Shown one piece after another: positions 49,990 to 59,724 of a DNA stretch of 64,000 nt. The stretch is from Candidatus Multivorans sp. (GTDB lineage: Bacteria; Acidobacteriota; Thermoanaerobaculia; Multivoradales; Multivoraceae), in assembly GCA_965224025.1 (NCBI GenBank), contig OZ245033.1, positions 2,368,001-2,432,000 on the forward strand. Direction: 5' to 3'. The translations under genes and the position numbers were made by a program. Under the pieces are notes generated by a model. The model had not been told where the DNA came from, ran no database searches, and was given only the letters and a program-made list of their open reading frames with translations. Numbering within the stretch: the stretch's first letter is position 1; each line of letters opens with the position of its first letter.

Positions 49990-50436
49990 GATCGGACGAG
50001 GATACTGGCGGGGCTCTCGGTGGCTTTCCACCGCAACCGGCAGGCTGTCGTCGACGGCCTAGAGCGAGCGCGGCGTCTTTGGTGGCGCGTGGCCGAGCAG
50101 AAGGACCGGCCTCGGACCGCTCCCTCCGTCCGATGGCCTGGCGTCTACTCCCAACCGCTCGGAGCGCGGGGGCGCCGCCGGTGAACCGCTCCGCTTCAAC
50201 GCAAGGACCATCGGGAGTCGGCCCGACGAGCGCGTCGGGCAGTAGAAGATGAGACTCGACCGTCGAAGACGGGTGATGATGCTACGCATCAGTCATCCTT
50301 GAGCAACATGTGGGCATGGTAGCCGCACAGACCATCCCTGCCATCACGATAGTCGTCCAGAGTCAGCGCCTCATGGCAAATGGCGCAGTCGTAGTTCGGC
50401 AGGCTGAAGCCGCAATCCGGTGCCAGACACTTTTCC

Positions 50437-51934
50437 GCCTCTTTCGAGTTGCGAGTGGGTAGGGCGCGGGCGAGTGCAGATGCTGAGGGGGTCTTGGGAT
50501 AGCGGCCTCCGCCGCCGTAGCCGCCGCCGTCGGGCTGTGGAATCTGCGGAAGACCGGTAGCGGCGAGGGCGCAAGCTGTCCGGTGGGGAGGGCGTTCGCG
50601 GCGATTTCGGGTGGCGGCTGTAGTCGCGGGCGATCGGAATGAGCAAGACTCGTCTCTCCTGTTCCGACTGAAGGAGGACGAGAGATGCAGAGGGAATTGT
50701 TCGCGAGAGCGCTGGGCGTGTCGGCGCCGTGGTTCGTTGACGGCGTGGACTTCTGTGAGAGGGAGCGTCGGTTGACGATACGGATCGACTTCAGGAAGGG
50801 CAGCCGATTCGCCCACGAGGGGGACGGCGGTTCTCATCCGGTGCACGACACGCAGATCAAGCGCTATCGGCACCTCAACTTCTTCCAGCACGAGTGCCTG
50901 CTCGAGGCGCGAGTGCCCCGTGTGCGACTCCCCGACCAGCGGGTGGCGTTGGTGACTCCGCCCTGGTCGGGCAGATTGTCCGGCTTCACGCTGCTGTTCG
51001 AAGCCTTGATTCTGGCCATGTGCCGAGACATGACCTTCGCTGCGGTGGCCCGGTTGACCGGGGTGTCGTGGCATCGGGTGCACGCGATCTGCAAGCGCTA
51101 CGTCGAGCTGGCGGTCGACCGGGACGACCTCTCCGAACTGCGCCACGTGGCCATTGACGAGACTTCCCGCGCCAAGGGGCACGACTACGTGACCGCGGTC
51201 GCCGACAGCGAGCGCCGGCGCGTGGTGTTCCTCGCCGAGGGACGCAAGTCCGGCACGATCGAGGAGTTCGCCGACGATCTGCAAAGGCGCGGCGGCGATC
51301 CCGCCGCGATCAGCCGGGCGTCCATCGACATGTCGGCCGCCTTCCTCAAGGGCGTCGCCGAGAATCTCCCCAACGCCGAGGTGACCCTCGACAAGTTCCA
51401 CGTCATGGCCCTGGCCTCGAAGGCGGTGGACGAGACCCGGCGCCTCGAACAGCGCCTCGATCCGTCGCTGAAGGGCCTGCGCTGGACGCTGCTCAAGAAC
51501 CGCGACTCCCTGACGCCGGCCCAACGGGCCGACCTCGACCGCTTCGTCAAGAGGGTCGCCAGCCGACGCACCGCACGCGCCTGGCTCTATCGGGAGCAAC
51601 TCCGCGAAATTCTCAACCGCAAGCAGATCAACGTCGTGCTGCGAATGCTCCATCAGTGGTGCACCAACGTGAACCGCTCCAAGGTCGAACCCATGAAGGC
51701 CGTCGCCCGCACCATCCGAAAGCACCTGCAAGCGATCGCTGCCTGGGCGCGAACCCGGCAGACCAACGGCTTCCTCGAAGCCCTCAACGGACTCTTCCAG
51801 TCCGCCAAACGCAAGGCCAGAGGCTACAAGCGATTCGACACCATACGCATCGCCTTCTTCCTCATCGCCGGCAAACTCGACTTCCACACGCTCAACCCGC
51901 ACACCGCTTGACCCACTCGCAATTCAAAAGAGCC
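50437..51934 (+). mobile_element. ISL3-family insertion sequence
   Basis: 24-bp terminal IRs (21/24; right end AGAGCC); 8-bp TSD ACTTTTCC/ACTTTTCT. Confidence 0.92.
50685..51911 (+). CDS. ISL3 transposase
   Basis: AIDETS, SIDMS, DKFHV, TNGFLEALN, KRKARGY. Confidence 0.95.
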   Translation: MQRELFARALGVSAPWFVDGVDFCERERRLTIRIDFRKGSRFAHEGDGGSHPVHDTQIKRYRHLNFFQHECLLEARVPRVRLPDQRVALVTPPWSGRLSGFTLLFEALILAMCRDMTFAAVARLTGVSWHRVHAICKRYVELAVDRDDLSELRHVAIDETSRAKGHDYVTAVADSERRRVVFLAEGRKSGTIEEFADDLQRRGGDPAAISRASIDMSAAFLKGVAENLPNAEVTLDKFHVMALASKAVDETRRLEQRLDPSLKGLRWTLLKNRDSLTPAQRADLDRFVKRVASRRTARAWLYREQLREILNRKQINVVLRMLHQWCTNVNRSKVEPMKAVARTIRKHLQAIAAWARTRQTNGFLEALNGLFQSAKRKARGYKRFDTIRIAFFLIAGKLDFHTLNPHTA

Positions 51935-52824
51935 ACTTTTCTTCGGCGAGAACATACGTCGCTCTAAGACACTCAGGGCATTCCTCAAGCACTGGATCGC
52001 TACCTTCCTTTGCTGCTATGTAGCTTTCAGCCCAGAGGCTCTTCTCAAGCGCGGCCTCGACCACATCCTCGAGATCGGCAAGCTCGCCGCATCGGGAACA
52101 GACCAGCGTCAACTCCTGCGGATCTCTCGCTTCGACGCTGTCGTTTCGCAGAAGGCTGCTGGAACACCTTGGGCACCGGAAGTCCTGGAGGGCTACCTCG
52201 AGCGTCGTGCTTTCCCAGTTGACCCCGGCGAAGCTCGACCGACACGCGTCTCGCTCTTTCTTGAGCACATCGGCTTCCTTCAACAGTAAGTTCCAAGAGT
52301 CCTTACCCAGCAACGAAGCAGGTGTCTCTTTGAGCTCTCGGACGATCAGATCGCGAATAATCGGCATTGCGGCGGCGATCGCTTCCCGAATCAACTCTGG
52401 GGCATGTTTGGCGTGTCTGTGCTCAATGTCGTTTCGGATCTCGGCCAAGCGATCTAGGCCCGACAGATCGGCGTCCAACTGAAGCTGCCGAAAGATCCTC
52501 TGCGTCTCGTGGCGATTGATCGTGTTCCTGCCATGTCCGACGAGCTTGGCGCCTCCCTTCTCGTCCCGCACTGCTCTCTTGTGGGCACGGACGAGAAGCT
52601 CGTTGGAGTTGGGCGGCGACCAGCGTCGCAACACCTCCTTGGCGAGCAAGAGGACGCCCGCGTACACATTCCGCGCGGCTGAGACGACGCGGCGTTGGTC
52701 GTCCGCCGCGAAGTCCTCCAACCCAAGCTGAATCGAGACAACAGCGTTCTTCAGCAGCGGGTTCATCGGGCGTCTGCGGTCTTTGCCGGGTACGAGGAGA
52801 ACTCGGGCCTCTGGGAGGCCAGAA

Positions 52825-53028
52825 TCAGGGAGTGATCGGGTGGGCGTGCCGGGCTGTGTGGGTCATCTCCGGCCTGTTCAAGAGCGCCGTCAGTCTCTCA
52901 GTCTTGGCCAGGATACGGTGCTGTTCGGCGAGCGGGGAGGGCCACAGGTGGCCGGGCGCGATGAACCGCGTGCTGCTCGGCGAGATCGGCGGCCACGTAG
53001 GAGCGGCTTCGGCGTTGAGCTTGGGCAT
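52825..53028 (-). pseudogene. Chimeric remnant: methyltransferase 5' copy plus HsdS-like C-terminal fragment
   Basis: MPKLNAEAAPTWPPISP followed by PLAEQHRILAKTERLTALLNR. Confidence 0.6.
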
Positions 53029-53143
53029 TGTGCCGGGAACGTAAACGGGTCGCCGTTTCGCGGTGCCGCTCGGGTGCGGGCCAGAAGGCGCGCGTACTCA
53101 GAGAGGCGGCGTCGTGCCGGTGGGGTCTTCTCGACTGGAGCGC

Positions 53144-53857
53144 TCAGTTGGAGTTCGAGGAGGTCGAGGCGGCGATGATGGCGGGCATGGCGGCGGCCGC
53201 TGCGACTGCCGCTTGGGCGGCATCGACGGCAGCCGAAGTGGCTCTGCCGATCACGTCACCCTTAGCAAGGCTCTTCAGGCGCTGCTTCCGGGGTCGGAGC
53301 TCCCTGCGGCCGAAGATCGGGTTGAGCAGGCCGACCGCGTGGGCCAGCGCGACCAGGACGACGGTTCGGGGCTCGACTTCCCGGTCATCGCTGAAGATCG
53401 CGGCGCGCAGGCGGGAGTGGATCTCCTGCTCGGGACCCGGGTCGATCTCCGGAAAGACGCGTCGCTTGAAGATGAGCAGGATCTCCTGCTCGTCCGCCCG
53501 CAGGATGCGCCGTGCGCAGAGTTGTTCGGCGACCCGGTGGTGGAGCTTCCTCATGGAGGAGAAGCGTGTGATCCATGTCTGGACCGAAGCCCGCCGCTTG
53601 GCGGAACGGATTCTCTTCAGGCACTCGTTGAGGATGGAGTCGTCGGTGCGGCGGATGTCGCGGACCTCGACCAGCTTGCGCCAGCGGCGCGATTCGTCGA
53701 TACGGACGCGCTCCTGGAGCAGAAGTTCGGCCGCGATGGCGCCGCCGAGGCCGATGCTCGTGTGGGTGCCGGTGACGGTACCCTTCGTGTCGTGCAGGGC
53801 GAGGAGCATGAGCTCTTCGTGGAGGTGAAGGGAGGTGTTCTGCGGTGCTTGCGCCAC
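53144..53857 (-). CDS. GPP34 (GOLPH3-like) family protein; start uncertain
   Basis: LHEELMLLALHD, LGGAIAAELLLQERVRI, DDSILNECL. Confidence 0.8.
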   Translation of the reverse strand: MAQAPQNTSLHLHEELMLLALHDTKGTVTGTHTSIGLGGAIAAELLLQERVRIDESRRWRKLVEVRDIRRTDDSILNECLKRIRSAKRRASVQTWITRFSSMRKLHHRVAEQLCARRILRADEQEILLIFKRRVFPEIDPGPEQEIHSRLRAAIFSDDREVEPRTVVLVALAHAVGLLNPIFGRRELRPRKQRLKSLAKGDVIGRATSAAVDAAQAAVAAAAAMPAIIAASTSSNSN

Positions 53858-54056
53858 TCTCGTCTCCGAACTCTGCGGGCGGCTCGCGTCTGCTTCTCCT
53901 CGAGCGCGGCCTGAGCGTAGCAGCGTCTCACCCGGCCCCTTGACCGGGAAGCGCAACGGGTGCAGGATCGTCTTGGTTGGTGAGCTCGGTCGACCTGCTT
54001 CTGTGCGCCGACATGCTTCACCTGTGGTCGAGCCGAACTCGCTGAGTGGCGACCAG

Positions 54057-55868
54057 ATGGCAACTACTTCTCTTACTCGGACAATCGCCGGCGGGGAGAG
54101 CGGCCCGTCGACCGAGACTCGCGGCCGCTACGGCTTGGTGACGGAGGAGAAGGGGGGCGGCGTTACGTATACGCCGACCTTGCTCGCCGCGTTCGTGGCC
54201 CGGCAGATCGGCGGGATGATCGGGCGGCTTCCTACCGATCGGCCACTCCGGCTGCTGGACCCGGCTGTGGGCCATGGCGAACTGTTGCTTTCCCTGCTTA
54301 AGCAACTTCAGCGACGGCGACTTCGCGTCGAAGTGGAGGGCTTCGAGGTCGACGAGGAGGCACTTTCTGTAGCAGGAAAGCGGCTCCGCGGAGAGTTTCC
54401 TGGCGTTCCTACAAGGCTTAGAAGCGCCAGCTTTCTGGACCACCTGACGGCGGACGGAAGCGGCCAGATGGAGTTACGGCCTGCCGCCTATCTGCAGCCG
54501 TACGACTTGATCATTGCGAATCCACCCTATGTCCGTACGCAAGTCATGGGTTCGAAGAGGTCCAGAGCCATCGCCCGACAGTTCGGCTTGTCCGGGCGAG
54601 TCGATCTGTACTACGCCTTCGTGCTAGGTATCGCTGAAGTGTTGGCGCCCAGCGGCGTTGCGGGCATTATTGTGTCGAACCGGTTCATGACGACGAAATC
54701 GGGCGCTCCGGTTCGGCGACGTCTCCTGGAACGGCTCGCGATAAGGCATGTCTGGGATCTTGGAGACACGAAGCTCTTCGATGCTGCCGTTCTACCGGCG
54801 GTGCTCCTAGCTCGCGGACGAGGCCACCGCCGGAAGGACCCGATCGCCTTCACGTCGGCGTACGAGACTCGGGAGCCAGCGGTCGAGTCGGCACCAGATC
54901 CGATCGGGGCACTCAAGCGTTCCGGCGTAGTGGCATTGCCGGACGGTCGCCGTGTCAGAGTGCGCCAAGGCAGGTTGCACAGAAGTCGAGGCGGGGGTGA
55001 TGTCTGGCGCTTGGCCACCGACGCCACTGATCGTTGGCTCAGCGAAGTCAAGCGGCGCACTTGGGCGAAGTTCGGAGACTTGGGGAGGATCCGTGTGGGT
55101 GTAAAGACCTGTGCGGACCGCGTCTTTATCCGGAATGACTGGGATCAGATGGGGGGGGCGGAGCGGCCGGAGCTCTTGCGGCCGCTTGCTACGCACCGGA
55201 TTGCGGGCCGGTTCAGGCCGCGTGCCGAGCCAAGTTCGACCATGATCCTTTACCCGCACGAGATCGGCGGCGGCGGCCGTCGCGCGGTCGATCTGAGGCG
55301 GTATCCGCGGAGCGCGGCCTACTTAGAAGAGCACCGCGCGACGCTTGAGGCGCGCCAGTACGTGACGGACGCGGGGCGCAAGTGGTACGAAATCTGGGTG
55401 CCGCAGGATCCGGGAGCTTGGGAGTTGCCCAAACTGGTGTTCCGGGACATTACTGAACGACCGACGTTCTGGGTGGATCTCGGAGGTTCTGTCGTAAACG
55501 GCGACTGCTACTGGCTGGCGTGTGAGGACTCGCGTGACGTGGAGTTGCTATGGCTGGCGGCGGCAGTGGGGAACTCCTCGTTCATTGAGCAGTTCTACGA
55601 CATCAGGTTCCCGAACAAGCTCTACGCTGGGCGCCGACGCTTCATTACTCAGTATGTACGGAAGTTCCCGCTTCCCGACCCCGATACGTCGCTAGGCCAG
55701 GAGATTGTTGACGGCGCCCGACGGCTTTGTGGGAACGGACAGGCAGCGGGCGACGAGCAACTCGAGCGAGAGGTGGACGGTATGGTGTGGCGAAGCCTGA
55801 CCGGCTCGGAGAGCCCTTCGGGACGGGAAAGCGGCCGACACTGTCAAGGCACCGGCCAGTCAGCCTGA
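54057..55868 (+). CDS. Amino-DNA methyltransferase (gamma class, TaqI/Eco57I-like)
   Basis: YTP, LDPAVGHGELL (motif I), IIANPPY (motif IV), DLYYAF, C-terminal TRD-like region. Confidence 0.9.
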   Translation: MATTSLTRTIAGGESGPSTETRGRYGLVTEEKGGGVTYTPTLLAAFVARQIGGMIGRLPTDRPLRLLDPAVGHGELLLSLLKQLQRRRLRVEVEGFEVDEEALSVAGKRLRGEFPGVPTRLRSASFLDHLTADGSGQMELRPAAYLQPYDLIIANPPYVRTQVMGSKRSRAIARQFGLSGRVDLYYAFVLGIAEVLAPSGVAGIIVSNRFMTTKSGAPVRRRLLERLAIRHVWDLGDTKLFDAAVLPAVLLARGRGHRRKDPIAFTSAYETREPAVESAPDPIGALKRSGVVALPDGRRVRVRQGRLHRSRGGGDVWRLATDATDRWLSEVKRRTWAKFGDLGRIRVGVKTCADRVFIRNDWDQMGGAERPELLRPLATHRIAGRFRPRAEPSSTMILYPHEIGGGGRRAVDLRRYPRSAAYLEEHRATLEARQYVTDAGRKWYEIWVPQDPGAWELPKLVFRDITERPTFWVDLGGSVVNGDCYWLACEDSRDVELLWLAAAVGNSSFIEQFYDIRFPNKLYAGRRRFITQYVRKFPLPDPDTSLGQEIVDGARRLCGNGQAAGDEQLEREVDGMVWRSLTGSESPSGRESGRHCQGTGQSA

Positions 55869-55900
55869 TTGGTCGCGTTGCTCACCTTTTGCCAGCGGGC

Positions 55901-56960
55901 CTACGGGTGCGAGAAGAACGTCGATGGCAAGTGAAGCTGCAGCTTGGCATTGACGACCTGTCCTTGGAACTGCGGAAAACGATAGAAGAAGTCTCTCCCC
56001 GTAGTTGCGTAGAAGTGAGTAAGCACTACTGAGTCCCGGTCCTTGAACCCACAGAACAGCGCGTAACGGACGTCACAGTAGCGAATGACGGCGCCCTCGA
56101 TCTTGGGCATGGCGGACATCGGGTCGAGGCTGTCCGGCCTCACGCGGCCAAGGTCTATCGTCGGTGAGGTCTGGAGCTTCAGTTCGAGGAGCTGGTGTGG
56201 GACGTCGGGGAACTGGCCGTCGTCCTTGTAGCTGGAGTAACCGAGCCGGGCGCAGACCAATCGGTGCAGAACGGCGCCCCGGTGGCGCTCCTGATCATGG
56301 CCGACGTCGGCGATTCGCTGGCGAAGAAGCGGCTTCAAGCGGTCGAAGACCTCGCCGATGGGCAGGAGTTGGCCCGGGTGCGGTGCCTGGGTTGGTTCAC
56401 TCGCCGGGCCTGGGTCGAAATGGGTTTCGAGCCAGGGCAGGAGGCGGTCGGTGTCTACACGACTCACGAGTTCCGGGAAGGGGCCCCGTTGGATCAGACG
56501 GGCCTGGTACTTCTTGGTCAGGACGCCGGTGGTGTCGAAGGGTGAGAGCGTCTCGCCAGTCACGACACGTACGGTCAGTACGTTGTCGTCCGGCCCCAGA
56601 CGTACCAGGGCGTAGCGGCGGTCAGGTTCCAGTTCGCTGTTCCAGATCTGGAGATTGTCGGATTTCTGTGTGTACACATCCAGCCCTTGGGCCGGAAAGC
56701 GCGGTTGCGTGCGTTTGAAGGAGGGGGGCACGGGGTAGCCAAGAGCTCGGCAGACGTGCTGCTTGACCGCCTTGGACCGCGTGCGAAGCGGCAGGCCCGT
56801 GAAAGACATGCCCGTTAGGGCACGGTCGAGGATGAGTTCGAGGCGGTCAGTGGGGATCCAAAGGTCGCTGTGATGGGGGGACGAGCGGATCGTAAATCGA
56901 CAGGCCGCTGCGGCGGATCGCGTCGACCACGGGATCGATGTTGGCTGTTCCTCTGCTCAT
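55901..56960 (-). pseudogene. Putative type II restriction endonuclease, frameshifted at G6
   Basis: FPDV...LELKLQTS PD-(D/E)xK-like; ATG 56960 with SD; frame joins if one G of 56875-56880 is removed. Confidence 0.7.
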
Positions 56961-56975
56961 TTCTTCCTCTGTGGA

Positions 56976-58772
56976 CTAGAACGCCTCGCTCCAGGGGCGG
57001 CTGAGCCGTAGCGCGGAGTTGATCAGGCCGACCATGGAGTAGGTCTGGGGGAAGTTGCCCCAGAGTTCGCCGGTCTCGGGGTCGAGGTCCTCGGACAGGA
57101 GGCCCACGGGGTTGCGGCGTTCGAGCATCTGTTCGAACAGCTCGCGGGCCTCTTCGCTGCGGCCGAGGGCGTTGATCGCGTCGATGTACCAGAAGCTGCA
57201 GACGGCGAAGGAGGTGGTGGGGGCGCCGAACTCGTCCTCCCGGTAGCGGAAGAAGTTGCTGCCGGAACGGAGCGGTTCAAGCGACTCGACGGTGGCGGCG
57301 AAGCGGGGATCGGCGGCGTCGAGGAAGCCGAGATCGTGGAGCAGCAGCAGGCTGGCGTCGATGCCCTCGCCGTCGAGGGTGGCGGCGAGGCGGCCGCCGG
57401 TCTCGGCGCTCTGAAGGATGTGCTTGCGGATCGCCTCGGCCCGGCTCGTCCAGTACGTTTGACGATCGGTCAGCCCGAGCGCCTTCGCGATGCGCGCCAG
57501 GCGGTCGCAGGCGGCCCAGCACATGACGCTCGAAAAGGTGTGGACGGCGCTGCGCTGCCGGAACTCCCAGAGCCCGGCGTCGGGCTGGTCGAACAGGGCG
57601 GCGGCCTGTCCGCCAAGTTGCTCCAGCCAGCCGAACACGCGGGGGTTGCCGGGTTTGACCAGCCGGCGGTCGAAGAAGCTCTGGGTCACGGCGAGGATCG
57701 CGCTGCCGTAGTTGTCGTTCTGTAGTTGGCGCCAGGCGTCGTTGCCCACCCGCACCGGTCCCATGCCACGGTAGCCAGGCAGGTTGTCGACGGTGCGCTC
57801 GGTCAGTTCCCCTTCGAACTTGATCCCGTAGACGGGTTGCAGCACGCCGCCCTCGGCGGCGGCCGCCAAGTCGGTGATGTAGCCGAGGTAGCCCTCCATG
57901 GTGCGGGTCGCGCCCAGACGGTTCAGCGCCTGCACGACGAAGTGGGAGTCCCGGAGCCAGCAGAAGCGGTAGTCCCAGTTGCGGCCTGTACCCGGCGCCT
58001 CGGGGATGGAGGTGGTCATCGCGGCCAGCACCGCGCCGGTTTCCTCGAAGCTGCACAGTTGCAGCGTGATCGCGGCCCGGATCACGGCCTCCTGCCATTC
58101 GAACGGCACGGCGAGATGGCGCACGAACTCGCGCCAGTAGCTCTCCGTTCGGCTTCGGAACTCGCGCGCCACGGAGTCCACCGGCTCGGTCAGGCTCTCG
58201 TCCGGCCCGAGCAGCAGGGTGAGGGGCTGCTCAAGGACGAAGGTGATCCCGTCGGTGATGAAGGAAACCGGGGTGTCCGTGGTCAACCGCAGGGCGAGTC
58301 GCGGGCCGACAAAGCGGATGTGGTTGCTGCCCCGGGTCAGTTCGGGGCGGCGCGAGCCGTAGTCGAAGCGCGGTCGCAGACGGATGCGGATGCGCGGTTC
58401 GCCGCGTAACCGTTCGATCGTGCGGACGATCATTGTGGGGCGGAAGGAGCGGCCGAACTGCTCGAACCGGGGCGCGAAGTCGGTGATGCGGACCGCGGCG
58501 CCGTTGCCGTCGCGGAGCGTCGTGACGAGGATGGCCGTATTCTCCACGTAGTGCTGCTCGCTGTACCGGAACCCCTCGAGCAGCACGTCGAAGAAGCCGC
58601 CGGCCTCGGGGTCGCCCTCGTCAGCTTCGTCCAGGAGCGAGTGGAACACCGGGTCGCCGTCGAAGTGCGGCAGGCAGGCCCAGCAGATGCGCCCGCGCGG
58701 ATCGATCAGCGCGCCGAAGCTGCAGTTGCCGATCACGCCGCCGTCGAGCGGCCGGACTTCGTCACGCGTCAT
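56976..58772 (-). CDS. GH15 glycoside hydrolase (trehalase-like)
   Basis: RNWDYRFCWLRD, DAGLWEFR, LWGNFPQTYS. Confidence 0.92.
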   Translation of the reverse strand: MTRDEVRPLDGGVIGNCSFGALIDPRGRICWACLPHFDGDPVFHSLLDEADEGDPEAGGFFDVLLEGFRYSEQHYVENTAILVTTLRDGNGAAVRITDFAPRFEQFGRSFRPTMIVRTIERLRGEPRIRIRLRPRFDYGSRRPELTRGSNHIRFVGPRLALRLTTDTPVSFITDGITFVLEQPLTLLLGPDESLTEPVDSVAREFRSRTESYWREFVRHLAVPFEWQEAVIRAAITLQLCSFEETGAVLAAMTTSIPEAPGTGRNWDYRFCWLRDSHFVVQALNRLGATRTMEGYLGYITDLAAAAEGGVLQPVYGIKFEGELTERTVDNLPGYRGMGPVRVGNDAWRQLQNDNYGSAILAVTQSFFDRRLVKPGNPRVFGWLEQLGGQAAALFDQPDAGLWEFRQRSAVHTFSSVMCWAACDRLARIAKALGLTDRQTYWTSRAEAIRKHILQSAETGGRLAATLDGEGIDASLLLLHDLGFLDAADPRFAATVESLEPLRSGSNFFRYREDEFGAPTTSFAVCSFWYIDAINALGRSEEARELFEQMLERRNPVGLLSEDLDPETGELWGNFPQTYSMVGLINSALRLSRPWSEAF

Positions 58773-58787
58773 GGCCGCTCGCCCGCA

Positions 58788-58893
58788 AGCGCCGCCAAAC
58801 CCGTCGCGGGCTCCGTGTTTGGCTCCAGCCCCCACCTCACCATGAGTCTGCGCGCCAGAACGCACCATACTGCGTTTCTGCCGCGCAGATTCA
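58788..58893. repeat. Dispersed two-hairpin element C, copy 2
   Basis: Matches 37374-37428; long hairpin ATGAGTCTGCGCG...CGCGCAGATTCAT. Confidence 0.75.
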
Positions 58894-59649
58894 TAGCGTG
58901 TCGCAGAGGGCCTCCAGCCAACGATGGAGTTCGCGCACGCCGCTCAAGCCGTAGTTCGCGACGCTGGTGCGGTCGCAGCCTGGCTCCAGGCCGACCACGA
59001 TCGCGGCGCCGCCGACGCTCTGCGCGGCGGCAAAGCCGTCCTCGTCGGTGATGTCGTCGCCGATGAAGACCGGGACGCGGCCACGAAACGGCGCTTCGGC
59101 CATGAAGTCCTCGACCACTGTGCGCTTGTTCGGGCGATGCGGTTTCAACTCGAACACCATCTTGCCCTCCTGGACCCGGTATCCGGCGCCCAGGGAGGTT
59201 CGGACCTTCTCCATCACTTCGCGCGCCGCGACCTCGGCGCCGGCCGCGCGCCGGTAGTGGAGCGCCAGGGTCGCCGACTTGTCTTCGAGCAGGGTACCGG
59301 GGTGCTTCGCGGCAAAGCGCGCCAGTTCGCGGCGGGCCGGACCCATGGCCCCAGCGCCGTCGACCCGGCTGACGGATCCGTCGGCGGACCTGCGTTCCAG
59401 GCCGTGCAGCCCGGCGGCCGGCAGCTCGAGAGGCGAGAAGAAGCGGTCGAGAACGTTGAGCGAGCGTCCGCTGGCGAGGGCCAGCGCGCCGCCGAGCCGG
59501 CAGCGGAGTCGTTCGAGCAGGCCGCCGATCCGCTCGTCGACGTGGACGGCATCGGGCGCGTCCGCGATCTCGATCAGGGTGCCGTCGACATCCAGGAACA
59601 GGGCCCAGGAGTGAGGCGGCGGGATGTCGGAAGCCGGTTCCAGCAGCAT
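58891..59649 (-). CDS. otsB: Trehalose-6-phosphate phosphatase
   Basis: FLDVDGTL, SGRS, AGLHGLE, ALHYR, GKMVFELKP, GDDITDEDGF. Confidence 0.92.
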   Translation of the reverse strand: MLLEPASDIPPPHSWALFLDVDGTLIEIADAPDAVHVDERIGGLLERLRCRLGGALALASGRSLNVLDRFFSPLELPAAGLHGLERRSADGSVSRVDGAGAMGPARRELARFAAKHPGTLLEDKSATLALHYRRAAGAEVAAREVMEKVRTSLGAGYRVQEGKMVFELKPHRPNKRTVVEDFMAEAPFRGRVPVFIGDDITDEDGFAAAQSVGGAAIVVGLEPGCDRTSVANYGLSGVRELHRWLEALCDTL

Positions 59650-59724
59650 CCAGGCGGCGTGCGGAGGATGCGCTTTCTGGTTCACAGGGCTCAGCCTCCG
59701 AGATCCCTTACGATACAGAAACCG

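Larger units (their letters stand above)
50289..52766 (-). pseudogene. HEPN-like protein with C-terminal Cys pairs, split by ISL3
   Basis: RNDIEH (Rx4H); removing the IS and one TSD restores ...YVLAEEKCLAPDC... in frame (323 aa). Confidence 0.75.

Noticed and set aside
50289-51902. 537-aa minus-strand ORF
   Set aside because: Antisense of the ISL3 transposase joined to the tail of the interrupted gene
58924-59724. Apparent 732-aa OtsA extension and 446-aa OtsB
   Set aside because: Antisense read-through of the divergent neighbour in high-GC DNA
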